Under the pieces are notes generated by a model, which saw only the letters and a list, made by a program, of their open reading frames with translations, searched no databases and was not told where the DNA came from. Below are positions 20,723 through 31,847 of a stretch of DNA of 64,000 nt, piece by piece. Each line of letters begins with the position of its first letter. The first letter of the stretch is position 1. Source of the DNA: Terriglobia bacterium (GTDB lineage: Bacteria > Acidobacteriota > Terriglobia > 20CM-2-55-15); NCBI GenBank assembly GCA_965218585.1, contig CBDCLE010000002.1:384001-448000 (forward strand), given 5' to 3'. The position numbers and the translations under genes were made by a program.

Positions 20723-21511
20723 CTACCGAACGAGGTTGTTGACCTGCTGCAGCATGTCGTCGGCAACCCGAACTGCCCGGGAGTTCACTTCATAGGCCCG
20801 CTGCGCAATGATCATGTTCACCATCTCCTCAACGACGTTCACATTGGATTGTTCCAGAGCGCCTTGGCTGAGCGTTCCGAGTCCGTTGGTTCCAGGCGTT
20901 CCAGTCGTCGCCAGACCTGACGCCGTGGATGGCATCAGAAGGTTGCGGCCAATCGCGTTCAATCCAGCCGCGTTCTGAAAATTCGAAATCTGAATCGTTC
21001 CGACGGGCGTCGCCGCAGCTTGATTCGCCTGCGTCACCGAAACGGTGCCATCCGAGCCGATTACGATCCCCTGGGCGTCGGCTGGAATCGAGATAGCGGG
21101 TGACAAGGGATTACCGTCGGCGGTAACAACGGTTCCTGCCTGATCGAGATGGAAAGACCCATCCCGCGTGTAAGCAGTCTCACCACTGGGCAGCGTTATC
21201 TGAAAGAACCCTTTGCCGGAGATGACGACGTCGAGCGGATTATCGGTTTGACGAAAATCACCTTGAGAATAATCCCTGGCAGTCGCTACGGGCATCGTTC
21301 CAAGGCCGAGTTGTAAACCGGTCGGGTATTCGGTCGAGGATGAAGACGCCGTGCCGGCCGGTCGCAGATCCTGATAAAGAAGGTCCTGAAATTCTGCACG
21401 GGCTTGTTTGAATCCCGTCGTATTCACGTTCGCGATGTTGTTCGCGATCGTGTCGATGTTGATTTGCTGCGCCTGCATTCCCGTCGCGGCCGTGTGTAAC
21501 GCTCTTAACAT
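20723..21511 (-). CDS. flgG: Distal rod protein FlgG
   Basis: MLRALHTAATGM...ANNIANVNTTGFK...YTRDGSF...LEQSNVNVVEEMVNMIIAQRAYE. Confidence 0.97.
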   Translation of the reverse strand: MLRALHTAATGMQAQQINIDTIANNIANVNTTGFKQARAEFQDLLYQDLRPAGTASSSSTEYPTGLQLGLGTMPVATARDYSQGDFRQTDNPLDVVISGKGFFQITLPSGETAYTRDGSFHLDQAGTVVTADGNPLSPAISIPADAQGIVIGSDGTVSVTQANQAAATPVGTIQISNFQNAAGLNAIGRNLLMPSTASGLATTGTPGTNGLGTLSQGALEQSNVNVVEEMVNMIIAQRAYEVNSRAVRVADDMLQQVNNLVR

Positions 21512-21528
21512 GCCAACTCCTTAATCCT

Positions 21529-22239
21529 TTAAGTCAAATCTGCCAGCTCGGCCAGCAGTTGCTTATCCATGTCGGTCGTAATCGACCTTAATGTCTGTGC
21601 TACCGACTCAAACTCACGAAACGCCCCCATCAACTCGACCATTTCAGTGATCGAATTGACGTTGGACTTCTCCAGGTGACCACCTTTTACTCTGGGTTCG
21701 AGTGTGTCGGTCACACCGGTGGGATCACCGATCCATTCGTAACGAAACATTCCTTCTTTTCTCAGGAACCGGGGATCGTCGAAATCGACGATGCGCAACG
21801 TTCCAACTACGTTGCCGTCAACAGCGATGTCGCCTCCGTCCTGAACCTGTACCTGTCCCTGACCAACAAAGATCGGAACATCTCCGTCTCCGAGAACCCT
21901 GAGGCCGTCTTTCAGAACGAGTTCACCTTCGGAGCTAACGTTGAAGCTCCCGTTGCGCGTGTAGCGGGTTCCATTGTCGGTGTCGATTACGAAGAAGCCC
22001 GATCCGTCGATTGCGGCATCCAACTCACGACCCGTAGTGACGAGAACACCGGGTGTCAGGTCGACCTGACTGACCACTTCCACGTTGACTTCGGTCTCAG
22101 AAACGACTTCTTCAAGAACCTGTCCGAAGTCGCGCTTGAAACCGGTCGTCTGAACATTGGCAAGGTTGTTGGCGATGATGTCCACCATCTTCATCCTTGC
22201 TTCCAGGGCTTCGTACGCTGCAAAAATCGCGTCACTCAT
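21529..22239 (-). CDS. flgF: Rod protein FlgF
   Basis: IANNLANVQTTGFK...YTRNGSF...LEKSNVN; upstream of flgG. Confidence 0.88.
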   Translation of the reverse strand: MSDAIFAAYEALEARMKMVDIIANNLANVQTTGFKRDFGQVLEEVVSETEVNVEVVSQVDLTPGVLVTTGRELDAAIDGSGFFVIDTDNGTRYTRNGSFNVSSEGELVLKDGLRVLGDGDVPIFVGQGQVQVQDGGDIAVDGNVVGTLRIVDFDDPRFLRKEGMFRYEWIGDPTGVTDTLEPRVKGGHLEKSNVNSITEMVELMGAFREFESVAQTLRSITTDMDKQLLAELADLT

Positions 22240-22292
22240 AAGAAATACTCAATTCAGGGTTCCATCCAAAAACAAGTTCCCCGTCTTATATC

Positions 22293-22308
22293 TGCAAGAT
22301 GTGCTCCA
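22293..22308 (-). promoter_or_regulatory. Putative sigma-54 promoter upstream of flgF
   Basis: TGGAGCACATCTTGCA (GG-N10-GC). Confidence 0.55.
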
Positions 22309-22403
22309 GAGGAGACCGAGATCGGGCCGAACCCGCTGGATCTCGATAACCCACAGACCTGTTAGCACTTCGGAAATCGGGCCGTACCCTTCGTGATTTC
22401 CTC

Positions 22404-22431
22404 TAAAGAACTCTTCCAAACCTGCCGATAG
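22404..22431 (+). promoter_or_regulatory. Sigma-28-like promoter oriented antisense to the fliA-fliM-fliN operon
   Basis: TAAA-N16-GCCGATAG on the plus strand, with the same spacing as the flgM promoter. Confidence 0.6.
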
Positions 22432-22451
22432 GAAGAAAAGGCCAGGGCTGG

Positions 22452-22835
22452 CTACTTTTTCCCACCTTCGACGCGAGACATACCCAGCAACACGCTGACT
22501 TCCGCCTCACTGAGTCCGGCTGTGTGCGCAATCTCGTCTGCAGTCGCACCGCTCTTGCCCATTGCACTGACCTGATTTCTCAGTCCGAAGCTGATTTCTC
22601 CGTTCGGCTCAGGCCGGCTCACTCGAGGGGACGGCTCAGAATCGAGGCTGCCGATCTGCTGTTGGGCTGCCTCGGCAATCTTGAAGAACCGGGCCTGGGC
22701 ATCTTCCCATTCCCTGTTCAATGTCGTCAGCGCGCTGCTCGCCCGCACGAACTTGCGTTGTACGTGAAGCGCGAGAAAAATAATCGACAAGCCGCAGAGG
22801 CCCAGCGCCAGATAGATCCCGATCCCCTCAGGCAT
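22452..22835 (-). CDS. Single-TM flagellar-operon protein (DUF2802-like)
   Basis: N-terminal TM; C-terminal HTH-like ADEIAHTAGLSEAEVSVLL; start overlaps the end of fliN. Confidence 0.6.
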   Translation of the reverse strand: MPEGIGIYLALGLCGLSIIFLALHVQRKFVRASSALTTLNREWEDAQARFFKIAEAAQQQIGSLDSEPSPRVSRPEPNGEISFGLRNQVSAMGKSGATADEIAHTAGLSEAEVSVLLGMSRVEGGKK

Positions 22836-23130
22836 CGAGGGTAAGAAGACGTTTGTCAGCACCGCACAACTCCGTGATTCTGATTCCATAAAATCCATCA
22901 ACGACAACCACCTCGCCTCGCGCGAGCGCTCGGCCGTTGACGACGAGATCGACCGGTTCGTCGATACTCGAATTGAGCTCAATCACTGATCCAACTCCCA
23001 ACTTGATCGCATCCTCCAGGAGCATCTCGGTCTCACCAAATCGAATGGAAGCGGCCAACTGGAGGTCCATAAAGACATCCATGCTGTCGTCCACAGCGTT
23101 CGGTGCGTTCTCTTCAGGTACGATTTCCAT
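22828..23130 (-). CDS. fliN: Motor switch protein FliN
   Basis: GSVIELNSSIDEPVDLVVNG...ARGEVVVVDGFYGIRIT. Confidence 0.93.
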   Translation of the reverse strand: MEIVPEENAPNAVDDSMDVFMDLQLAASIRFGETEMLLEDAIKLGVGSVIELNSSIDEPVDLVVNGRALARGEVVVVDGFYGIRITELCGADKRLLTLDA

Positions 23131-23285
23131 TTACGATCCCCCTATGACGGCTGTAGCGGTTTCTACTATCTCGAACGATTTCCGGCTTGCTTCGAGTCGG
23201 GCAGTGGCTTTCATTTTGTCTTTGCCCCCGACTCGGAGTACGACCGGCAGATCTTTGAACCGCCCCGGGAATCCCGGAGACCGTT

Positions 23286-24514
<1,229 letters not shown>

Positions 24515-25333
24515 GATGACTCCCATCCTCTCAAGAAATGGAGTCTCCGGAAAACCCGGGGCGGTTCACTTTCCTCTGTTCCAGCACCAGAGTGTCACCC
24601 TCCTGCAAGGAAAGTATCGATCGCATCGGATAGAACGTTTCCCCGGTCTCGATCGCAACATTCACAGGAACTTTGTCTATGTTGTGCACCAGACTTGAAC
24701 CTGCGGCCGCCTTCTTCCGTCCCGACAATTCCTTATCGAAGATGTGAATGATCGGCTCGAGCACGAGAGTAGGGAACGCGAGGCTGATCCTGGCGCTCGT
24801 AATATCGCGGGTACGCATCTGGAACTTGAAGACGACGACCATTTCGTTGGGCGAAACAATCTGAACCATGTGGGGGTGCGTCTCCGTCGCAAGGATGTCA
24901 AACTTGATCGGATAGATCTGCCTCCAGGCCTCACGCAAATTGTCCACGACCAGCTTGAGGATACGCTGGATAACGTTCTGCTCGATTTCCGTCATCGGGC
25001 GTTCCAGGCTCAGCGGCGTTCCGACACCCCCGAGCAACCGGTCGAGAATGGAAAATACAGCGTCCGGCGCGATTTCCAATGCAGCGGATCCTTCCAACGG
25101 CTTCAGAGATACCGATGAATAGCAGGTCGGATCGGAGGCCGATGAAAGGAATTCGGCGTAGGTAATCTGTTCGATGCTGTCGAGGTTGATCTCCACGACC
25201 TTCCGCAGGAACGCGGAAACTGCTGAGGAGATGTTCCTTGCAAATCGATCGTGAACGAAGTGCAACGAACGGAGCTGGTTTTTCGAGATACGGTCAGGAC
25301 GTTTGTAGTTGTATGGCTGTATTTTCTGTTCCA

Positions 25334-26083
25334 TTACTCACTCAGAAGTTGAAAAGCCGATTCGACGCCGGGCGATACTTTTTTCATTTTGGAACGGAGC
25401 CTCAACATGGCCTTGGTGCGAATCTGCGACACGCGCGACTCGTTCACTCCCAACATGGCTCCGATCTCTTTCATCGTGAACTCTTCGTAGTAGTAGAGCG
25501 AAAGAACAAGACGCTCTCTCTCGGGCAGTGTGTCAATGACTCCGCCCAGCATCTTGGCCAACTCATCCCTCTCGAATTGTGCGTAGGGATCGTTGTCGCC
25601 GTCGTCGGGGTAGTAATTGATGAAGCTCTCGCCGGAATCGTCTTCACGGCTGTCACCGATGTCTTCAAACGAACCGATCGAGAGTCCATGGAGCTGGTCG
25701 ACGAGCGCATGGAATTCCTCCATGTCCCCACCCAGTTCGTTGCAAACCTCTTCGTCGGTTGCCGGGCGGCCAAGACGTTGTTCCAGACCCTGATAGATCT
25801 TCTCCAGATCCTTGCTCTTTTTCCTGAGCGAACGGGGCGCCCAGTCCAAGTCACGCAAGCTGTCCAGCATGGCGCCTCGAATTCGCAATTCCGCATACGT
25901 CTTGAACTTGACGCCGCGTTCGGGGTCGAACTTCTCGACAGCGTCCAGAAGCCCTATAACACCGGCGTTTACGAGGTCACGAATCTCAACGTTGGGAGGC
26001 AAGCGGACGGCCACCCTGTGCGCGATATGATTGATCAACGGCAGAGACTCGCTGATCAGGTCTTCTCTTTCGACTGTCGTCAT
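25334..26083 (-). CDS. fliA: Flagellar sigma factor FliA (sigma-28)
   Basis: DLVNAGVIGLLDAVEKFDP...FKTYAELRIRGAMLDSLR...LYYYEEFTMKEIG...ESRVSQ; start MTTVER. Confidence 0.96.
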   Translation of the reverse strand: MTTVEREDLISESLPLINHIAHRVAVRLPPNVEIRDLVNAGVIGLLDAVEKFDPERGVKFKTYAELRIRGAMLDSLRDLDWAPRSLRKKSKDLEKIYQGLEQRLGRPATDEEVCNELGGDMEEFHALVDQLHGLSIGSFEDIGDSREDDSGESFINYYPDDGDNDPYAQFERDELAKMLGGVIDTLPERERLVLSLYYYEEFTMKEIGAMLGVNESRVSQIRTKAMLRLRSKMKKVSPGVESAFQLLSE

Positions 26084-26126
26084 AGCAACATCCTGCTGGT
26101 GTTTCCGGTCATTCTTCTCCCGGTGT

Positions 26127-27362
26127 TCAATGAATCGGAAGCATGAGCCGTGCCAGCTCAGCTCCGTTCGGAAGCAGAAGGTCTTCCGGAACATGCTGCC
26201 CTTCAGTGATATACGAAACAGGCAACAGGAACCGGAGTAGTTCCCCGACGATCGACCCCCTGGTCTCGGTTTCGTCCATCTTCGTGAGGACAACCGACCG
26301 GGGTGAGAGCCGGTGAAAACGCTTGTAAATCTTGGAGACGTCTTCGGACTTTGTCGTGGCGCTGAGGACAAGCCTGACCCGTGCTCCGAGGCCATCCAGT
26401 CCGCTTTCGAGCTTACCCAGCCGCGCCCGGTCTGATGGACTGCAGCCCGCCGTGTCAACGAGAACAAGATCGTATTCGTCCAGCGACTCGACCAATTCTT
26501 TCAGCTGTGCCGTGTCGGAACATTTGAACGTTGTTATCCCGAGCAACTGTCCGTATCGGTAAAGTTGCTCTTGACCGGTCACCCTCTGGCCATCGGTTGA
26601 AATCAGAGCGACTTTCTTCCCGTGGCGAACCGCTGCATGTCCCGCAATCTTGGCGATAGTCGTCGTCTTACCAACTCCTGTGGGTCCAACGAACACACTG
26701 ACGACGCGCTCATTTGACGACAACTCATCCGGTGCTTCGATCGAAAACATCTCTCCAAGCAACGCACGTACGGCGTCTCGGGTCTTGCCCGACTTTGGAT
26801 TCAGCCTGGCGGCGCTTGCAAGGAGGTTCTCCACAAACTCCGGATCCACCCCCTGACCCACAAGCTCGCTGTAGATATCACCGTGCCGCCCTTCCCTCTG
26901 AGGAATGGCCTGTCCAAGCAGTCGGACGGACCTCTTGAGTTCATCAATCTCTTCGAGAACTTCTTCGATTCGGGCCTCAGCCTTGCGAATAAGACGCGAC
27001 GGCGCTTCGAACTCCGACATAGCTGCACCGGACACATCCGTCGACCGAACTACCCGATCCACATCAACGTTGGTCCGGACAGGCGGGTCCACCAGTTTCT
27101 CAGTGGTTCGCACGACCTCGGGCGAAATAGATACCGAATCGGGAACGTCAGCAGCGATCTTATCGATGGGGCTTTCAGTCACCGCCGTTTCGGTCGCTTC
27201 CTTGGCTCCTGCGGTCACCTCCCATCTCTGGCGCCGAATGCCCCAGGGCTTGCGAGTGGTCACGGGCCGCGTGCCGAGGATCATCGCGTCGGGACCGAAA
27301 TCGCGCTTGATATGCTCGACCGCTTCCTTGATCGACCGTGTTTGATACGTTTTCACCTTCAT
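26127..27362 (-). CDS. flhF: SRP-type GTPase FlhF
   Basis: MKVKTY...GPDAMIL; GPTGVGKTTT, DTAG, TKMDE, GQHVPEDL. Confidence 0.93.
   Translation of the reverse strand: MKVKTYQTRSIKEAVEHIKRDFGPDAMILGTRPVTTRKPWGIRRQRWEVTAGAKEATETAVTESPIDKIAADVPDSVSISPEVVRTTEKLVDPPVRTNVDVDRVVRSTDVSGAAMSEFEAPSRLIRKAEARIEEVLEEIDELKRSVRLLGQAIPQREGRHGDIYSELVGQGVDPEFVENLLASAARLNPKSGKTRDAVRALLGEMFSIEAPDELSSNERVVSVFVGPTGVGKTTTIAKIAGHAAVRHGKKVALISTDGQRVTGQEQLYRYGQLLGITTFKCSDTAQLKELVESLDEYDLVLVDTAGCSPSDRARLGKLESGLDGLGARVRLVLSATTKSEDVSKIYKRFHRLSPRSVVLTKMDETETRGSIVGELLRFLLPVSYITEGQHVPEDLLLPNGAELARLMLPIH
26140..26156 (-). promoter_or_regulatory. Putative sigma-54 promoter for fliA, inside the 3' end of flhF
   Basis: CTGGCACGGCTCATGCT (GG-N10-GC), ~57 nt upstream of the fliA start. 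Confidence 0.65.
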
Positions 27363-29393
27363 TGTCCAACAACTCCTTGCGACACAATCTGCAGGTTCGG
27401 TGGGATGTCATTCGGAGAAACAATCGTCAACTGGGGGATGAACCTTTCAATCAGCTTCCTCAGGTGGTAGCGGATGGTGCTCGAGCACAGTAAGGTCCAC
27501 TGAGACGTTGTCAACGTCTGACAGGTTGTACCGAGTTCCTGAACCAGATCTTCAAATCCCTTGGAATTCAGCGCCAGATATGCTCCCGACTCGTCCTGGA
27601 TAAGGGAATCCTTCAGCCTTGCTTCCCAGTCCGGGGACAGCGAAATAACAGGTAGCGCACCAGTTTCGTTCAGCAATGGTTTTGTGATCGACCGGCTCAG
27701 CGAAGCACGGACCGCTTCGGTTAACGTCGCGGGATCTTTCGTGCGAACACCGTAATCGGCAAGCGCTTCGAAGATCGTCACCAGATCGCGGATCGATACT
27801 TTTTCACGGAGGGGACTCTGCAGAACCTTCTGAACTTCACCAACCGAAAGTGTCGTGGGTACAAGTTCTTCAACGAGCTTCGGATAGGTTTCGCCAACGT
27901 GGTCGATCAGGGTCTTGACTTCCTGGCGGCCCAGCAGTTCGTGGGCATGCGACCGAATCATCTCGGTGAGGTGCGTGGCCAGGATCGTGGAAGCGTCCAC
28001 GACCGTGTAGTTCATCAGTTGCGCCCGTTCTTTGTTTTCTTTAGTTATCCAGAACGCGGGCAATCCAAACGTCGGCTCCTTGGTGGGCGTGCCTTCGATC
28101 GTTCCAGTGGTGCTCCCCGGATCGATTGCCATCAGGCGGTCCATCATCAACTCTGCCCGACCAATCTCGGAACCCTTGAGAAGAATGGAGTATTCCCGGG
28201 AACCCATCTTGAGGTTGTCAGTGATGTTGACGGGAGGCACAATCATGCCCAATTCTTGCACCAGTTGTTTTCGGATCGAGCGGATGCGGCTGAGGAAGTC
28301 TCCTCCGACCTGAGTGTCGACCAGACCCACGAGTCCATAGCCGATCTCCACGGCCAGACTGTCGATCTTGAGGAACGCAGTCGCCCGCTCTACGGTTCCC
28401 TCTTCAGGAGGTGGAGCTTCGAGGACGGGTTCTTCTGCGCGTTGCCTTGCCAGGCTCGACGCTGTCCAGGCAACACCACCCAGAACGGCTCCCAGAGCAA
28501 GAAATCCTACTGTCGGTAAACCCGGCACCAGTCCCAGACCGGTGACGATCGCGCATGCGAAAAAGACCGGCTTGGGATCTTCGAAAAGCTGACCCGCAAC
28601 GTCCTCACCCAGACTCCTTTCCGCAGCAGCGCGGGTCGTGATGAGGCCGCCACCGATAGAAATCAGGAGCGAGGGAATCGCGGTGACCAGACCATCACCA
28701 ATGGTGAGGATCGTGAAGGTCTCGAGCGCAACCAGAGCGTCCATGCCGTTCTGGAACATACCAATGAACAGGCCGCCAACGATGTTGATCAGAGTGATAA
28801 GAATGGATGCCATCGCGTCACGCTGTGTGAATCGAATGGCACCGTCCGTCGCTCCGTAGAAGTCAGCTTCCCGGCCAACTTCAGCTCGACGGTCGCGGGC
28901 CTCATCCTGATCGATGATTCCCGCATTGAGGTCAGCGTCGATCGACAACTGCTTTCCGGGCAGGGCGTCCAGGGTGAATCGTGCCGTGACTTCTGAAATA
29001 CGCACGGCACCGTGGTTGATAACGACGTACTGGATGATGATCAGGACGAGGAAAATGATCAGACCTACGGCGTAATTCCCCCCCGACGACGAATTGTCCG
29101 AAGGCACCGATGACGTTTCCGGCGGCGCCGAAACCCTCCCCTCCGTTGAGAAGAATGAGCCGGGTGGAGGCAATGTTCAGTGAAAGTCGAAACAACGTCG
29201 TCAGCAACAGGATGGACGGAAATGCTGAAAACTGGACCGGCTTTATCACGTAGAGGGCTGCGAGCAGAACGACGACAGACAGCGAAATGTTGGTCGAAAT
29301 CAGGAGATCCAGGAAGACCGGCGGCAGAGGCACCAATAGCGCTGTCAAAATAACGATGACAACCGCAGGCATGGCTACCTGTGCTTTGACCAT
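27359..29393 (-). pseudogene. flhA: Export gate protein FlhA, +1 frameshift in a C7 run at 29078-29084
   Basis: FPSILLLTTLFRLSLNIASTRLIL...FVVGG | NYAVG...EVTARFTLDALPGKQ...GDGLV; length 3n+1. Confidence 0.9.
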
Positions 29394-29420
29394 ATTCTTA
29401 CTGCCTCAAACCGTCGTTAG

Positions 29421-29437
29421 AGCAACCGGAATGCCAA
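29421..29437 (-). promoter_or_regulatory. Putative sigma-54 promoter upstream of flhA
   Basis: TTGGCATTCCGGTTGCT (GG-N10-GC), ~28 nt before the start codon. Confidence 0.7.
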
Positions 29438-29520
29438 GTTGGGAACTCGCTGGGAACGACTCGTCCGAGGCTCTTCCAACAAGGGGGAATACACCCGCAA
29501 ACTCTGGCCCGGCCACCCAT

Positions 29521-30588
29521 TTAACCCCTTCTCTTCATGCGTTTACGTACCTTGAAGACGTAAGCCAGGACCTCGGCCACAGCCTTGTACAGATTGAGTG
29601 GAATTTCCTGGCCAACGTCCACGCTCCAGTACAGAGACCGGGCCAAGGGGACGTTTTCCACGCGTGGGATGTCATATTCCCGACCCGCCTCTTTAATCCG
29701 CTCGGCCAGAAAATCCTGCCCCTTGGCGATAACCCTGGGGGCGCCCATCAAATCCGGTTTGTACTCGAGGGCAACGGCAAAGTGCGTGGGGTTCGTGATG
29801 ATGACGTCCGCATCCTGAACAGCGGCCATCATTCTCTGCTTGGCCCGTTCGCGCTGGATGGATTTGATCTTTCCCTTCACCTGGGGGTTGCCGTCCATCT
29901 GCTTGTTGTCTTCCTTGACTTCGGACTTGGATTGCTTGAGGTTCTTCTCAAACTGGTACTTCTGGTAGAAAAAATCTATGACCGCTAATACGATCAGCGT
30001 GAGCACGATGTAAGTGAGAACCCGAATGAAAATTTCCCTCAGCAGAGCGTTCCCGGCTTCGATCGGTACTCCGGGGGAGCGCATCAGTTCGTCCCAATTG
30101 CCTCCCAGGGTTTGCCAGATTCCAACAACCAGCGCAGTCAAAAGGACAAAGAAGCGGGCCCATTCGGCCGGATTGGCCTTGGTCTTGAGTTTCTCCAGAC
30201 CCTTGGCCGGATTCAATTTTTCCCATTTCGGCTTGAACGCCTTCGTAGCGATGTTCGGAAGTCCCTGAACAAGGCTGCCCGCGAGGGCTCCGACCCATGC
30301 ACCGGCCAGAATGGGTGCCACCAGCAACAGGAAGTACGTCCCCGTTTCGTTGATCACCGCCAGCATGGCAGACTCGGAGAGATCGTCGAGAATTCCCGTC
30401 TCGAGTACCCGCGACATCAGACCGCGAAATCCCCCCCGATAGCTGAGGACCCAGGCCAGGGCGACGACAGCGAAGGCAAGTGAGGCCGTCGAGGAAACCT
30501 GTTGGGATTGAGCAACCTGTCTTTCTTCACGCGCCTTACGGCGCCTTATAGAAGTCGGTTTCTCTGTCTTGTCGTCTTTTCCAGCCAT
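29521..30588 (-). CDS. flhB: Export switch protein FlhB
   Basis: KTEKPT...DGNPQVK...ITNPTHFAVAL...ENVPLARSL...AVAEVLAYV. Confidence 0.95.
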   Translation of the reverse strand: MAGKDDKTEKPTSIRRRKAREERQVAQSQQVSSTASLAFAVVALAWVLSYRGGFRGLMSRVLETGILDDLSESAMLAVINETGTYFLLLVAPILAGAWVGALAGSLVQGLPNIATKAFKPKWEKLNPAKGLEKLKTKANPAEWARFFVLLTALVVGIWQTLGGNWDELMRSPGVPIEAGNALLREIFIRVLTYIVLTLIVLAVIDFFYQKYQFEKNLKQSKSEVKEDNKQMDGNPQVKGKIKSIQRERAKQRMMAAVQDADVIITNPTHFAVALEYKPDLMGAPRVIAKGQDFLAERIKEAGREYDIPRVENVPLARSLYWSVDVGQEIPLNLYKAVAEVLAYVFKVRKRMKRRG

Positions 30589-30589
30589 G

Positions 30590-31339
30590 TCATCTCAGGA
30601 CTACGAAACCGGCCACCTCACGCATGATGGCCGGGAATACGACCAGGGATGCGCCCAGCGTGACGAGTCCCACAAGCACCTTGATCGGTAGAGCCAGGAT
30701 GATCGCGTTGAACTGAGGTTGCATCCGGGCGAGGAAACCAACAGCCATGTCACTGAGCAGAACAACAACGAACAAGGGGAAGCCGATCTTCCAGCCCACC
30801 ACAAAGATGTTGCCCGCGGTGGTCATGAGGAGATCGAACCAGTCGGCGATTGCGGGAACACCGCCAATCGGAAAACTCTCGTAGCTGAACTGCATTGCAC
30901 GGATGAATTCGTGATATTGATCGGCGGCCAGAAACACCGCATAGCCAATCAGCGTGAAGTAGCCGGACATGAGTGAGGATCGATTCTGAGTCTGCGGGTC
31001 AATGGCCTGGACGGCGGAAAAACCCATGCTGAAGCCGACGAGCTGGCCGGCAAAGTGCAGTACCGCAAAGGCAATGCGGATCCCCATCCCGAGCAGGAGA
31101 CCTACAAAGAACTCGCCTGGCAGGACGAGTTCGGGATGCTCCATCGCGGCCTCATTGAAAGGAATGATGGGAGCCACCCCCGCTGCGGTGACAAAGATCA
31201 GGAGCATGCGCACCTGACTCGGTATACCCGGATTGCCCCATATGGGGGAGAACGCCAGCATCGCTCCGATCCGGACTGCGACGATCAGGACGTGGATTAT
31301 GTAGAGGTATGGAATCTGGACTTCGAAGATCTCGCCCAT
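30590..31339 (-). CDS. fliR: Export apparatus protein FliR
   Basis: RIGAMLAFSPIWG...AGQLVGFSMG...LARMQPQFN...LPIK. Confidence 0.93.
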   Translation of the reverse strand: MGEIFEVQIPYLYIIHVLIVAVRIGAMLAFSPIWGNPGIPSQVRMLLIFVTAAGVAPIIPFNEAAMEHPELVLPGEFFVGLLLGMGIRIAFAVLHFAGQLVGFSMGFSAVQAIDPQTQNRSSLMSGYFTLIGYAVFLAADQYHEFIRAMQFSYESFPIGGVPAIADWFDLLMTTAGNIFVVGWKIGFPLFVVVLLSDMAVGFLARMQPQFNAIILALPIKVLVGLVTLGASLVVFPAIMREVAGFVVLR

Positions 31340-31346
31340 GAGGGAA

Positions 31347-31457
31347 TCACCCTACGTACGGTTCGAACGAGCCCAGCAACGTCTCGGTGAAAGAGATCAT
31401 GTATCCCATCATCCAGGGGAAGATGACCAAAAAGACCAGGAAGGTCACAACGATACG
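31347..31457 (-). pseudogene. fliQ: 3' remnant of fliQ truncated by IS110
   Basis: RIVVTFLVFLVIFPWMMGYMISFT matches the FliQ C-terminus, directly upstream of fliR; the 5' half is absent from the window. Confidence 0.8.
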
Positions 31458-31599
31458 CGTTTCTATGGAAGGGGCTGTCAAGAGAAACACGTCCCCGCCG
31501 AGCGGACCACCGGACCCAACACTGTCGTGGCAGCCAGCCCCTGTCTCCGTTGAGACGAACTGTTGATCCGGCATCGCAGAGAAGTCGATCACTCATCAC

Positions 31600-31845
31600 A
31601 ACGTGGTGTGGTTTCGAGAAACTGAAAAGCGCAAAGGGGTCGTGATTGCCGACCACGGTTCTATCTGAGCCTCGAGGGCTATCGCTTTTCCAGGTCGTGC
31701 GAGGGGGGATAGAGTATTACATGGGCCTTCAGCAAGCGCTGTGTGCCAACCGCGTATCGGATCCTCACCCTCGACCCTACCGTTCCGACGCCTCACCGAC
31801 GACGAGCGGTCGAATGCCTCGCGCTGTCGGCAGAAGTCTGGAAAC
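31600..31845 (-). ncRNA. Candidate bridge RNA / seekRNA of the IS110 element (boundaries approximate)
   Basis: Contains CGATACGCG (reverse complement of core + right target) and ATAGAACCG (8/9 match to left donor + core), the latter in an internal loop closed by GAAAAGCG/CGCTTTTC. Confidence 0.6.
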
Positions 31846-31847
31846 GG

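Noticed and set aside
25334-26467. 377 aa extended FliA
   Set aside because: The extension overlaps flhF; sigma-factor similarity and an RBS support a start at 26083.
31742-31749. TTGGCACA match between the IS110 NCR and the left flank as a left-target guide
   Set aside because: The match is offset from the core by several nucleotides, so it is probably chance.
31347-31796. 81 aa and 66 aa ORFs as complete genes
   Set aside because: The first is IS end sequence fused to the fliQ remnant; the second lies within the structured IS non-coding region.
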